Assembly (NCBI GenBank): GCA_037481835.1
Contig: JBBFKW010000011.1
Coordinates: 64,001-128,000 of the forward strand
Direction: 5' to 3'
Origin: Desulfosoma sp.
GTDB taxonomy: Bacteria; Desulfobacterota; Syntrophobacteria; Syntrophobacterales; DSM-9756
DNA: 64,000 nt
Shown here: piece by piece, positions 38,222-48,260 of the stretch
Layout of the letters: every line of letters starts with the position of its first letter
How positions within the stretch are numbered: the stretch's first letter is position 1
The notes under the pieces: model-generated
The model's input: only the letters and a program-made list of their open reading frames with translations
The model's database searches: none
What the model was told of the DNA's origin: nothing
Position numbers and translations under genes: made by a program

Positions 38222-40042
38222 CTATCGGGACTCTGATCGCCTGTTGAGGAGCCAGTCGATGACCCGGCCTGGGTCGGGTTGGGGAATCTCGGAACTTGGG
38301 GGCTGGGACGGTTTTGGGAGGCTTGAGGGCTGGTGGGCGGGTTCGGCGCCGCTCGCCGGCCCCGGTTCGGACGGCGTAGCGGTTAAAGGGGTTCCCTCGG
38401 AGGTCTTAACGGCGTGTGGAACGGATTCCGGGCGGGAGGGAACAGGGGGACTGGGCGCCGTCTCGGTGATCGGGGGGGATGGGGAGGCAGGGGCCTGAAA
38501 GGAGGCTTCCCCCTCGGGCTTTTCCGGCAGGGCCTGCGATGGAGCGGCTCTTGCCCCTGAGGTCGGCGAACGAGGCCGTTCGGGTTGCTCCCTGGATGGG
38601 GGGACTGCAGCGACGGATCTGGCGTTCTTGTTCGGGCTCACCGTTTTTTCGGCCGCTTTAGCCTTGAATTTGTGTTGCAACGCTTCGTGCTCGGCGATCC
38701 GCACCTTTTCCGGGTCCCAAGAACCAGGCCCAACCGTAAGGGACACCATACCGGAGGCGTCAAGAGAATCGGGCGATGCGGCCCGCTCCAGCAGAGCCGG
38801 GCTCAACACCGGGTGGCGGGAAAAAGTCGAGAGGCTGCCTCGGGGTTCGAACGGTTGTCCAAGAGCCGAAGATTCTTCACGGCTTTTCTTCAGGGCATCG
38901 CTCTTATCCGGCGCTTCCTGCCGTGTTTTCTTTTCGGACTGTGGATCCCCCGCCGAGGCGTCATGGGGTTCGGCGGTGCCTTTTTCAGAAGGGGGCAGGG
39001 GCTTTACGATACGCTGGCCGTTGGAATCTACACCGGCCGCCGCCGGTGCCGTCTCTTGTCTCTTCTCCGGCACTCCCGAAGGTGCCGTAAAGGATTGGAG
39101 GCGCTTCACGCCTTCCAGAACCCATGTCCATGCCGTTTTCGGCCCTTCCGGGAGCCATACAAGCGCCGCCGCCAGCACGGCGGCGCACAGACCCGCCAAG
39201 GCGATTTTCCGATGTCTCCAAGGCTTGGCTTGAGTCCGGCCTTCCAGGTCGGCGATGACTTCCCGCACGATTTGCGGGGTCACGGGTTTTCGGCCGTAGC
39301 CGAAACCCGTAATAAAAGCGTTGTCGCAAATGATGTTGATCCTTCGGGGGATCCCCTGCGCTTCCTTGACGATGAGCTCCAGGGCTCCTTGCGTGAATAC
39401 CTCCCGCGGGGCACTCTGAACCAGAGCCAGCCGGTGGCGGATGTAATCCACGCTTTCCTTGGGGGTGAGCGGCTTCAAGGTGGTTCGGATGGCGATGCGT
39501 TGCTTGAGCTGCCTGAGCTGGTGAAGATTGAGGGTGTTTTCCAGTTCCGGTTGGCCGATGAGAATGATCTGGATGAGCTTGTCCTTGGTACTCTCCAGAT
39601 TGGAAAGCATGCGAAGGTTTTCCAGAGTCTCTACGGGCATGTTTTGGGCTTCGTCGATAATGAGCACCACGTTCCAACCGTCTTGATATTCCTTGATGAG
39701 GACCGTGTGGAGGTGGTGAACCATCTCATAAGGGTCCAGGTCGGGCGGTTCCAAACCGAGCTCACGGTAAATGACCCGAAGCAGCCCCGTGAAAGACACG
39801 TTGGCGTTGAAGACGAGGACCGTCTTGATATGGGTGCGGTCGTAGCGTTCCAGGTAGCTGCGCACAATGGTCGTCTTCCCCAGGCCGATTTCCCCCGTGA
39901 TGGTGATGAACCCTTTGCGCTGCTGGACTCCGTAAATGATGGCCGCCAAGGCTTCCTTATGACTCGGACTTAGATACAGAAAATCCGGATCCGGCGTGAT
40001 GTGGAAGGGTTCCGCCCGGAACCCGTAAAAATCGAGATACAT
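38222..40042 (-). CDS. ExeA/GspA-family AAA ATPase with TM segment and long Pro/Ser-rich periplasmic tail
   Basis: MYLDFYGFRAEPFHITPDP, TGEIGLGKT, IIDEAQN, LIGQPEL, LKQRI and GIPRRINIICD. Confidence 0.9.
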   Translation of the reverse strand: MYLDFYGFRAEPFHITPDPDFLYLSPSHKEALAAIIYGVQQRKGFITITGEIGLGKTTIVRSYLERYDRTHIKTVLVFNANVSFTGLLRVIYRELGLEPPDLDPYEMVHHLHTVLIKEYQDGWNVVLIIDEAQNMPVETLENLRMLSNLESTKDKLIQIILIGQPELENTLNLHQLRQLKQRIAIRTTLKPLTPKESVDYIRHRLALVQSAPREVFTQGALELIVKEAQGIPRRINIICDNAFITGFGYGRKPVTPQIVREVIADLEGRTQAKPWRHRKIALAGLCAAVLAAALVWLPEGPKTAWTWVLEGVKRLQSFTAPSGVPEKRQETAPAAAGVDSNGQRIVKPLPPSEKGTAEPHDASAGDPQSEKKTRQEAPDKSDALKKSREESSALGQPFEPRGSLSTFSRHPVLSPALLERAASPDSLDASGMVSLTVGPGSWDPEKVRIAEHEALQHKFKAKAAEKTVSPNKNARSVAAVPPSREQPERPRSPTSGARAAPSQALPEKPEGEASFQAPASPSPPITETAPSPPVPSRPESVPHAVKTSEGTPLTATPSEPGPASGAEPAHQPSSLPKPSQPPSSEIPQPDPGRVIDWLLNRRSESR

Positions 40043-40123
40043 GGATGGCACGCTCGTATGGCTTCAAAGTAAACGTTCAGTGCATGCACGCTTAAGTTCG
40101 AAAATGCCGCCATGTCGGACGGA

Positions 40124-41050
40124 TCACGGGAGTCCCTGAAGATACGCCCTGTCTTCCGGCGAGAGCGTTCCTGTATCCGAGCATTCCCAGATAATATCCT
40201 GAACTTTGGCTTGCGCTTCAAAACTGAGTTTTTTCCCGAAAGTGAGTTCAACAATTTCATAGAGGCATGACAAGCCGGTGATGGCTCCCGGCGTATACTG
40301 ATTTTCGCTCCCTGGGGCCGATAAGTGTGCCGCGAGGCAATAAGTCGGGACACAGAAAGTCGAAAGGCCGGGTTGCAGCTTATAAGGAGGGACGTGAAGT
40401 ACCATCATCGGCTGGTAGCTGCTGTCTTGCGGGTAAAAAACCATACCCGGCGGAAGCATAAATTCCATGGCTTCCGAAGATTCATTAATGAAGGTCACAG
40501 AAACTTGAAAAGTCGCGCCTATGGTGGGGGGAAGGCATCCATAAATGCATTGGGCGTTGTCGCCACAGTTTTGCATACATTGGATCATCTGTTGAATCGT
40601 TGCGGGATCGAGGCTGCTGAGATCATAACAACTCTCGTCTCCCCCCGCGACGCTTTGAATGCGTGCGGGAAGGGCCTGCAGCCGGGTGAGTTTCCAATAA
40701 GCACCGGAAGGATCTTGAGGGTTTGGGGTATAGGTCAGGTCCAAATCGAAAGGTTGGCCTCTGTACATGACCACGGCGTTAAGAATGTTCAGAGAGGCGT
40801 CCAGGACGCCGCCTTGAGGTCCCGCGACGGGTGTGGGTCCCGCCCAGGTGAGCTTCCAATAGGCCCCTGAAGGATCCTGGGGCAAAGTGACGAAATCAAA
40901 AAGGCCTCGATAGCGCTCGGATCCGACCGTCACGTAGGGAAGGGTCAGTTTCAGGGCGTCGTCGGCCGTGCCGCCGGCTCCGTAACCCGGCGCCGGTATT
41001 CCCGCCATCAGGACCATGGCGAGAATCACCCAAGAAGCTTTGCGAATCAT
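40124..41050 (-). CDS. Secreted hypothetical protein with two internal repeats, a Cys-rich linker and a YC...QxxIW domain
   Basis: Signal peptide, AAAGGAG RBS, and PQDPSGAYWKLT present twice. Confidence 0.8.
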   Translation of the reverse strand: MIRKASWVILAMVLMAGIPAPGYGAGGTADDALKLTLPYVTVGSERYRGLFDFVTLPQDPSGAYWKLTWAGPTPVAGPQGGVLDASLNILNAVVMYRGQPFDLDLTYTPNPQDPSGAYWKLTRLQALPARIQSVAGGDESCYDLSSLDPATIQQMIQCMQNCGDNAQCIYGCLPPTIGATFQVSVTFINESSEAMEFMLPPGMVFYPQDSSYQPMMVLHVPPYKLQPGLSTFCVPTYCLAAHLSAPGSENQYTPGAITGLSCLYEIVELTFGKKLSFEAQAKVQDIIWECSDTGTLSPEDRAYLQGLP

Positions 41051-41080
41051 GGCCTTTCTCCTTTTTGTGGTGAGGTTTTT

Positions 41081-42070
41081 TTAAAGGAGCTCCTTGATGG
41101 CTTCCAACACGGGATTCACATCCTTGGATTTCGGCAATTCCAGCGGCTTGATGCTGCCCAATGCGGTTCGAACGCAGTCGTATTGTTCCCAGCCCTTGAG
41201 TTCATAGGTAAGATCCACGTTCTTCCATTTGGGATGTCCGTGCTGGCGCAACCAGTCTTGGTTTTCATAGAGAATCTTGGCAAACTGCCCCACTTCGCCG
41301 CATTGTCGGAACCGGTAATCGTAAGTGATGAGCACGGCCTTGACGGCGGCCGTGGGAACTTCCTCCTTTTGCCAGTCGTACGTCCCTGCAGGAATGACGG
41401 CCTGAGGGTAAAATTCCGTCACGTTCTTATTGGTAATGGGGATCAGCTTGAGCTTGTCCTCGGCTTTGACGTTCTCTTTGAAAAGTTTCACAGGATAACC
41501 GGCCACGTAGAACATGGCGTCCAGCGTGCCGGCTTTGATGCGTTCCAGCGCTTCCTCGGTGCCCACCGGGGCCAATTCCGCAGGTTTGACTTTAGAGATT
41601 TCAAAAAGAAGCTTGGCTGTAAGATAGGTTCCGCTGCCTTCCTTGTCGATGGCGACCCGCTTGCCCTCCAAGTCATCGAAGTCGTTGATGTCGTTTCGTC
41701 CCACCAAATGGATTTCCTCGTTGTACAGAGGAAACACCATTTTGATTTTCTGGGCGATGCGTTTAAGAGCCGGGTTTGTCTGGACCTTGGCCACGAAGGC
41801 CAAGACATCCGATTGGACGATCCCGAGCTGAACGCCGGGCCGTTTAAAGACCGCGTAGACGTTTTCAACCGACCCTGTGGAATTGAAGACCTCCAAGTCA
41901 TAGCCCCGCGCTTTCATGAGTTCCTGCAGGTTCAGCCCGAACTGATAGTAGGTTCCCTTGGGCCCTCCGGTGACGATGCCCAACTTTATGGCAACCGCGG
42001 GGGACGCCGCGAAAACGACGACAAGGGCCGCACCCAACGCCCACAGGATCAGCCGACGAGTGCACCGCAT
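41081..42070 (-). CDS. TAXI family TRAP transporter solute-binding protein
   Basis: IVTGGPKGTYY, STGSVEN, GIVQSDV, PLYNEEIHLV, GSGT and IPAGTY. Confidence 0.9.
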   Translation of the reverse strand: MRCTRRLILWALGAALVVVFAASPAVAIKLGIVTGGPKGTYYQFGLNLQELMKARGYDLEVFNSTGSVENVYAVFKRPGVQLGIVQSDVLAFVAKVQTNPALKRIAQKIKMVFPLYNEEIHLVGRNDINDFDDLEGKRVAIDKEGSGTYLTAKLLFEISKVKPAELAPVGTEEALERIKAGTLDAMFYVAGYPVKLFKENVKAEDKLKLIPITNKNVTEFYPQAVIPAGTYDWQKEEVPTAAVKAVLITYDYRFRQCGEVGQFAKILYENQDWLRQHGHPKWKNVDLTYELKGWEQYDCVRTALGSIKPLELPKSKDVNPVLEAIKELL

Positions 42071-42290
42071 GGAGGCCTCCTTTTTCGTTCGGTGGATGAA
42101 AAGAGTCCGACTTGTCGGAACCCCTTCGGCCGAATGCCAAAGCCGGGGATTTATTGCGAGCAATCCTCCCGTTTCCGGGATGGCGTTCAAACCGGCATTG
42201 CTTTGGAAAACCTCTACCAAAGCTTTACCGAGGGGGCAACAAGAGATTCACGAGGAGGGATGGGGCCGGCTCTGGTTCGCGACGCCCCAA

Positions 42291-43997
42291 TCAAAAAAGG
42301 TCGCTATCCGCCCTGGTGAAAAAGAAGCGGTGCATGTCCCCTGTATCCAAGGGCCTTTGGAAAGGAACGTAAACAAACCATAGGCCTTGGGGTTCCGGCT
42401 GGTGTTGAAACCCGATGGTGCGGAGCTCTCCGGTGAGCCACTCCGGGGCCTTTGAAAGCCATAGGCTCAACGTGTGCACACCCAAGGCGCGTCCCAGCCA
42501 TTGAAACCCTCGTGCCAACGCCTGGGGATGGGCGGGGTCCACAAAAAAGTCTCCCACCACGGCGCCGTTGGATTTTTTCTCGGCGACCATGTAGGCCGCC
42601 AGGCCCCCGAACCGGCGACGGACTTCGACCTTTACGTAGTTCCTGTCCGGATCAGCAAAGCGCCAGTTCAGGTAAGGGCTTTTCCGGACCACGAGAAAGC
42701 GCCCATAGGCGCGCTTTGCCCTTTCATAGAGGGCGTCGTGGTCCGGGCCGAACTTTTCAAAGCTGCGGCAGGAGTAACGCAGCATGGACGCCTTCGAGAC
42801 CGCCAGGGCGTCGACGGCCGCGGTGTATTCGTCCACGGGGTAGACCGGCCGGTAGCCGAGGAAGAGTTTTCCCATCTTTTGAATGTTGCCCGTGTTGAAG
42901 CCATATACGAAGGGCACCTGATGGTCGCAGTAGCGCGCAAAGAAATAAAGAGCCGTTCGCACCAAAACGGAGGTTTTCCCGAAGCCCACATGGCGGACCC
43001 CCGGGTGGGTCATGGTGTCCCCGACCTGAAGGACCGCGGCGGGTGTTGCATCGGATTCGATGTCCTCCACGGGAACGAAGTAGCCGGAAAAATTAGCGAC
43101 GATACGATCCTCGCCGTCCCGGCATACGGCCACGGCGTCCCGGCCGAAAGGGCACTCTCGATATTTCCAGCGCCAATGTTCGATGGAGCGCGGCACTGAA
43201 AAAATCCGGCAAAAAAGGTCCACCAATGCCGGATCGTCTTCCTGGGGACAAGGCCGGATGCAATAGGCGTCTTTTTCGGCTTCTATTATTTCGTATCCCC
43301 AGGCTCCGCTTTCATGCATCCGTTTTTGCTTGTGCCATCCGGCCGCCAGGCGGTCACGGTCTTCGCCGGGCGGCAGGTCGCTGAGCCGCTCGAGAACGGC
43401 GGCGCATGTGGGGGCCGTCCGGGGTCCGATGGCCTTGTTGTGGCGAATCTTGAAGCCGGCTTCAGCCAAGCTGATCGTGTAGGCGCGCTTGGGTTTGACG
43501 GCGGTTTCCCGTGCGCTGTCTTCTTCGTAGATCATTTCATCGCACAAAAGAATCCGGCCGTTGGACCGGAGCAACTCCCGGCAGGCGTTGAAGAGGTCCG
43601 AGAGCGAAGGAAAATACTGGGTAGATTCGAAAAACACGATCCAATCGTAGGAACCGGGTTTCCACCAGGAAGGATGCCTTCCTTCAAACGGTTCGCAAAG
43701 GAACGTCACTTTGGGGTGCGCACAGTGCGTTTCCGCGTATCGGATCATGGGGGGCTCGGGAGCCAGCGCCGTGACCCGATGGCCTCTGAGGGCCAGTTGC
43801 TGGGCGAAGTGCCCGAAACCGCACCCCACGTCCAGAACGGACAGGGATTCTCCCTGAATGCGCTCCAGCATGAGCGCGGTCAGATTGTTCTGGGCGTCTT
43901 CCAGGGACGCGGTGTCATCGTCCCAATAGCCGAAATGGAGGTCATGGCCCTTGACGATGCGACGGTAGACGGAAAAAGGAAAGGACAGCTCTTCCAT
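42291..43997 (-). CDS. SAM methyltransferase (sterol/tocopherol MT-like N-terminus) fused to a GNAT-like domain
   Basis: LHFGYW, SLEDAQ and VLDVGCGFG in the first half. Second half has HWRWKYRECP, GDTMTHPGVR, YGFNT and RKSPYLNWRF. Confidence 0.8.
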   Translation of the reverse strand: MEELSFPFSVYRRIVKGHDLHFGYWDDDTASLEDAQNNLTALMLERIQGESLSVLDVGCGFGHFAQQLALRGHRVTALAPEPPMIRYAETHCAHPKVTFLCEPFEGRHPSWWKPGSYDWIVFFESTQYFPSLSDLFNACRELLRSNGRILLCDEMIYEEDSARETAVKPKRAYTISLAEAGFKIRHNKAIGPRTAPTCAAVLERLSDLPPGEDRDRLAAGWHKQKRMHESGAWGYEIIEAEKDAYCIRPCPQEDDPALVDLFCRIFSVPRSIEHWRWKYRECPFGRDAVAVCRDGEDRIVANFSGYFVPVEDIESDATPAAVLQVGDTMTHPGVRHVGFGKTSVLVRTALYFFARYCDHQVPFVYGFNTGNIQKMGKLFLGYRPVYPVDEYTAAVDALAVSKASMLRYSCRSFEKFGPDHDALYERAKRAYGRFLVVRKSPYLNWRFADPDRNYVKVEVRRRFGGLAAYMVAEKKSNGAVVGDFFVDPAHPQALARGFQWLGRALGVHTLSLWLSKAPEWLTGELRTIGFQHQPEPQGLWFVYVPFQRPLDTGDMHRFFFTRADSDLF

Positions 43998-44029
43998 GGA
44001 AAGACGGCGGCTCCTTCAATTCCTTGCCT

Positions 44030-45214
44030 TTAGGGCTGTGTGGATTCGACGACAAATGAGAATCGGATCCTCCTGGAACCTATGGAGGCGTTCACAGAGC
44101 CGATTCTTCCGAAATATCGGCCGGGGCTCAATCGCTCGAAACAGTCCTCGGGAAATTCCGCAACCCTTCCGGTTCCAAAAGCGGCCGCCGCCGGGATGAA
44201 ATTGGCGTTGGGGCTCCACTCGAAAAGCCACGGCCGCGTGATCTCAGGCGGAACGAAAATCCGGAAGGGTTTACAATACCTAGGCATCGTTTCCCCCGGA
44301 TCAGCCTCAGCCATGTCCCGATGCCGAACCTGCGGCACGTGCCGAACGAACAATTCATACCATGGAAAGTGTTTCCTCAAAAAGATCTTGTGGGAATCGG
44401 CCATGAGCCGCCTCTTGATGTGTACGCCTTCCAGACCGCAGCGGTCGAATTCGTGAACGACCGCCGCTTTCGGGCACACAACCAAGCGCCATCCCCTTTC
44501 CCGCATGCGGACAAACAGGTCCGTATCTTCAAAGTAGAGGAAAAACCGGGGGTCAAAGAGCCCTCCGACATCGCGGACGGCTTCGGCACGCAGAAGCACC
44601 GAACCGCCCGAGAGGTTTTTCACGGGAAAGGGGGTCATCGTTGCCCATGCGCGCACTGCCTGTCGGCGCCACAACTCGCCTGCCGCCCGCAGGAACGGCG
44701 CGGCACGAAAACCCAACCTGTCGGCCACAGAGAGCATCAAAATCCAGTTTGGGGGAACAGAAGGGGGCAAAAGGAATCGGCACAGGGGATCCCAGTAAAT
44801 CTTGGGCCCGACGGCCCCAATGCGCCCGTCGGCGTTGAGAACGTCGAGCATGTTCTCAAGACAACGGCCTAGCAGGTAGGCGTCGGGATTGAGGAGCAGC
44901 AGAGCGTCCCCCGGGCATTTTTTCCAAGCCATGGTGCAGGCTTGTCCGAAACCCAGATTGTGCGGGGCCACGATCAATCGGACCGGTTTGGGAAGATCGC
45001 GTTCCAAGACGGCCGCTTCTTGCGGACTTTCACTGTTGTCCACGACCACGACGGTTACCGATGCGGGGCAAGGGGAAGCCAAAATCGAAGCCACCGCTCG
45101 AAGGGTCAGCGTCGCACTGAAATAGTTGACCACGATCGCGACGACTCGGCGGATGGGAGCAGCCGATCTTGGGGACGGAAGCCGCCCTGGGCTGAGAGGA
45201 TACCAAAGAGGCAT
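44030..45214 (-). CDS. Glycosyltransferase family 2
   Basis: IVVNY, VVVDNS, NLGFGQA, LLLNPD and GGLFDPRFFLYFEDTDL. Confidence 0.92.
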   Translation of the reverse strand: MPLWYPLSPGRLPSPRSAAPIRRVVAIVVNYFSATLTLRAVASILASPCPASVTVVVVDNSESPQEAAVLERDLPKPVRLIVAPHNLGFGQACTMAWKKCPGDALLLLNPDAYLLGRCLENMLDVLNADGRIGAVGPKIYWDPLCRFLLPPSVPPNWILMLSVADRLGFRAAPFLRAAGELWRRQAVRAWATMTPFPVKNLSGGSVLLRAEAVRDVGGLFDPRFFLYFEDTDLFVRMRERGWRLVVCPKAAVVHEFDRCGLEGVHIKRRLMADSHKIFLRKHFPWYELFVRHVPQVRHRDMAEADPGETMPRYCKPFRIFVPPEITRPWLFEWSPNANFIPAAAAFGTGRVAEFPEDCFERLSPGRYFGRIGSVNASIGSRRIRFSFVVESTQP

Positions 45215-45423
45215 GGAAAGGCTATTCTCCTTGCATAGAATGTCGCCTTTCCGCTAGCAGCTCTCGGGGTCGGTGTCAAAACCGTTTTGGCAGGGTTTCG
45301 TTCAGAAAGACTTCCAAAAACGACGGGACTTGACCGCATTCCGGTCTTGTATGCTATGCTGCGCGCGAGAAAAAACAAAGAGGCGGGCATGGCGCCGTCG
45401 CCCATCATGGAGCGTTCAAGAGC

Positions 45424-47052
45424 ATGATCCAGACCCTGAGAACCTTGTGGGAAAGAGTGCGGCCGGTTTCCGAGGGCCCTCTTACGCTTACGGCGGCCCA
45501 AGGACCGAACGGGGCCAAGTTGGAAAAGATGCCGGTCTTTCCCGTGCTGGAGGAAACGGATTTCCCCGATGCGCCTCCACGCTACAATCCCCTGCCCGTC
45601 TCGTACCTCAAGCGGTTCAAGGTCTTGCCCGTGGAAGAGACCGATCACGGCGTCACGGTGGTCATGGTGGATCCTTTGGACCTGGCGACCCAGGAAGTGG
45701 TTCGAAAAGCGTACGGCAAGCCGCTGAAAATCTACCGGGCGTCCGCCGAAGCCATCGCCCAGTTCATATACCAGTGGTACGAAGCGGACAGCGCGCTCCA
45801 AGACACCGAAGGAGAACTGGAAGAGAGCGCGGATTTGGATGCCCACCTGTGGGACAACCCCGAGCATCTTCGGGATATGGCCTCCGAGGCGCCCATCGTC
45901 CGTCTGGTCAATCACTTGATTTCCCGGGCCGTGGACGTGGGCGCGTCGGACATCCACATCGAGCCGCTGAAAAAGCTGGTCAAGGTGCGCTACCGCATCG
46001 ACGGCGTCCTCCATGATCAGGAGGACATCCCCAAGAAATTCCAGGCGGCCATCGCCTCTCGGATCAAGCTCATGGCCCGCATGAACATCGCCGAAATGCG
46101 CCTCCCCCAGGACGGTCGCATCAAGTTCAAAATGGCCAAGAAGGAAATCGACATTCGCGTCTCCAGTCTTCCCACGGTTTTCGGCGAGAGTCTGGTGTTG
46201 CGCCTCTTGCAAAAGGAAGACATCCTCCTGGATCTCGACATCCTCGGCTTTCCCAAGGATCTCCTCGGCCGATTCAAGCAGATCATTTCCCTCCCTTACG
46301 GCATCCTTCTCGTCACGGGGCCTACCGGGTCGGGGAAGACGACGACCCTCTACGCCGCCATCAATGAAATCAACAGCCCGGACCGCAAGATCGTCACCGT
46401 GGAAGACCCCGTAGAATACCAGCTCGACGGGGTCAACCAGGTGCAGGTGCAGCCGAAGATCGGGCTGACTTTTGCTCATTGTCTTCGCTCCTTCCTTCGG
46501 CAAGACCCGGACGTGATGCTCGTCGGGGAAATCCGAGATCTGGAAACGGCCGAAATCGCCATCCAGGCGGCCCTGACCGGCCACATGGTTTTTTCGACCC
46601 TGCACACCAACGATGCCGCCGGAGCCATCACCCGGCTGGAAGACATGGGTGTGGAACCCTTCATGATCACCTCCGCCGTCGTGGCCGTGCTCGCCCAAAG
46701 GCTGGTCCGCAAAGTGTGTTCGGCGTGTATGGACGAAATCGTCCTGAGCGAGGAAGAACGGCGCATCCTGGCCCAGGAGTTTTCCGTCTCTCCAGAGGCC
46801 GTGCCGGCCTCTTACCGGAAAGGGCGAGGGTGCGACCAATGCGGCGGGACGGGATACCGCGGTCGTATCGGCCTTTTCGAATTCCTGCCGGTGGACGAAC
46901 CGATCCAGCGCGAAATCCTCAAAGGCTCCGACCGCAACGCCATCGTCGCCAAGGCGGTGGAATTGGGCATGCGGACCCTGCGCCGTGACGGTCTGGAAAA
47001 GGTGGTGGACGGGATCACCACCTTTGAAGAAGTCATTCGGGTGACACGGTAA
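45424..47052 (+). CDS. gspE: Type II secretion ATPase GspE
   Basis: ASDIHIEP, RLPQDGR, TGPTGSGKTTT, EDPVEY, LRQDPD, TLHTNDA, and a CxxC...CxxC zinc motif. Confidence 0.95.
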   Translation: MIQTLRTLWERVRPVSEGPLTLTAAQGPNGAKLEKMPVFPVLEETDFPDAPPRYNPLPVSYLKRFKVLPVEETDHGVTVVMVDPLDLATQEVVRKAYGKPLKIYRASAEAIAQFIYQWYEADSALQDTEGELEESADLDAHLWDNPEHLRDMASEAPIVRLVNHLISRAVDVGASDIHIEPLKKLVKVRYRIDGVLHDQEDIPKKFQAAIASRIKLMARMNIAEMRLPQDGRIKFKMAKKEIDIRVSSLPTVFGESLVLRLLQKEDILLDLDILGFPKDLLGRFKQIISLPYGILLVTGPTGSGKTTTLYAAINEINSPDRKIVTVEDPVEYQLDGVNQVQVQPKIGLTFAHCLRSFLRQDPDVMLVGEIRDLETAEIAIQAALTGHMVFSTLHTNDAAGAITRLEDMGVEPFMITSAVVAVLAQRLVRKVCSACMDEIVLSEEERRILAQEFSVSPEAVPASYRKGRGCDQCGGTGYRGRIGLFEFLPVDEPIQREILKGSDRNAIVAKAVELGMRTLRRDGLEKVVDGITTFEEVIRVTR

Positions 47053-48260
47053 TGCCTCGATTTTTCTACGAAGGCGTGGACCTTCAGGGCCGCAGGGTGC
47101 GAGGGGCTGAAGAGGCGCCCGACCGCGAGAGTTTGCTCGTGACCCTGAGCGGCAAGGGCGTCCATGTCCTGCGCTGGTCCGAAACCCCCTTGGGCCGGCA
47201 ACGCCTGTCCTTTTTCCAAAAGGGGCGCCTTACGGCGAAACAGCGGCTGGAATTCATCGCCGAACTGGCGCACTTGGTTCGCTCGGGCGTCCCCCTGGAC
47301 CGATGCCTCCAGATTTTGGCCGATTCCACCACCACGGAGCGCGTCCGCCAACTGGCCGCCACCCTGCGCGACGGCCTACGAGAAGGCCAGAGTCTTTCCG
47401 AGGCCATGGCTCAGAAAGCGCCTGAATTCGGTGAACTTACCGTGAGTATGATTCGGGTCGGAGAAGCGGGCGGGGTCTTGGACGATTCCTTGGAAAAGCT
47501 CGCCGGGTTCATGGCGAGGACGGAAGAGATCAAGCGCTTTATCGTCTCTTCGTCCATTTATCCCATCGTGCTGCTTTTCGTTGGGATCGCCTCCGTGGCT
47601 TCCATTTTGGGTTTCGTCATTCCCAAGTTCGCCGCCATCCTGGAAGACCTGGGGCCCAACATCCCGGCGGCCACGCGAGCCCTCATCGTGGTGAGCGCCG
47701 TCTTTCGCGGTTTCTGGTGGCTGTTCGCCCTGCTGATCCTCGTTTTCGGGGCGGCGATCGTCGCCTATGCCCGTAAGCCTAAAAACCGCGATCGACTCCA
47801 TGCCCTCTTGTTGAAAATCCCCTTCTTGGGGCCTCTCATGCTGGAAGTGGAACTCGCCCGCATGACACGCACTCTGGGCACGCTTTTGCAAAGCGGGGTG
47901 CCTCTTCTCAAGTCGTTGTCCATCGCCCGGGCCGTGGCCCGCAACGTGGTCGTCAAGGAAGCGCTCCAGGAGATTTATGAAAGGGTCCAGCAGGGGATGG
48001 CCATGAGCGCCCTCATGCGCCAGTCGCCCGTTTTCCCGGCCATGGTGGTGCACATGACGGCCATCGGGGAAGAGACCGGGGAACTGGGCCGAATCCTGGG
48101 TGCCGTAGCCGACAACTTGGAAAAGGAGATCCAGAGCAAGACGAAAGCGGCGCTGGCCCTCTTGGAACCCGTGGTCATCGTGGGCATGGGGATTCTCATC
48201 GGCGGCATGGTCATTTCCATGCTCTTGGCCATTTTCGGAATCCATGAAATCTCCTTTTGA
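47052..48260 (+). CDS. gspF: Type II secretion inner-membrane platform protein GspF
   Basis: SGVPLD, GEAGGVL, IYP, VIPKF, GEETGEL and LLEPV. Confidence 0.93.
   Translation: MPRFFYEGVDLQGRRVRGAEEAPDRESLLVTLSGKGVHVLRWSETPLGRQRLSFFQKGRLTAKQRLEFIAELAHLVRSGVPLDRCLQILADSTTTERVRQLAATLRDGLREGQSLSEAMAQKAPEFGELTVSMIRVGEAGGVLDDSLEKLAGFMARTEEIKRFIVSSSIYPIVLLFVGIASVASILGFVIPKFAAILEDLGPNIPAATRALIVVSAVFRGFWWLFALLILVFGAAIVAYARKPKNRDRLHALLLKIPFLGPLMLEVELARMTRTLGTLLQSGVPLLKSLSIARAVARNVVVKEALQEIYERVQQGMAMSALMRQSPVFPAMVVHMTAIGEETGELGRILGAVADNLEKEIQSKTKAALALLEPVVIVGMGILIGGMVISMLLAIFGIHEISF

Noticed and set aside
45330..45360. Sigma70 promoter for gspE (TTGACC...TATGCT)
   Set aside because: Spacing is 14 or 19 nt, too poor to call.
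45106..46839. 577-aa minus-strand ORF
   Set aside because: It is antisense to gspE.
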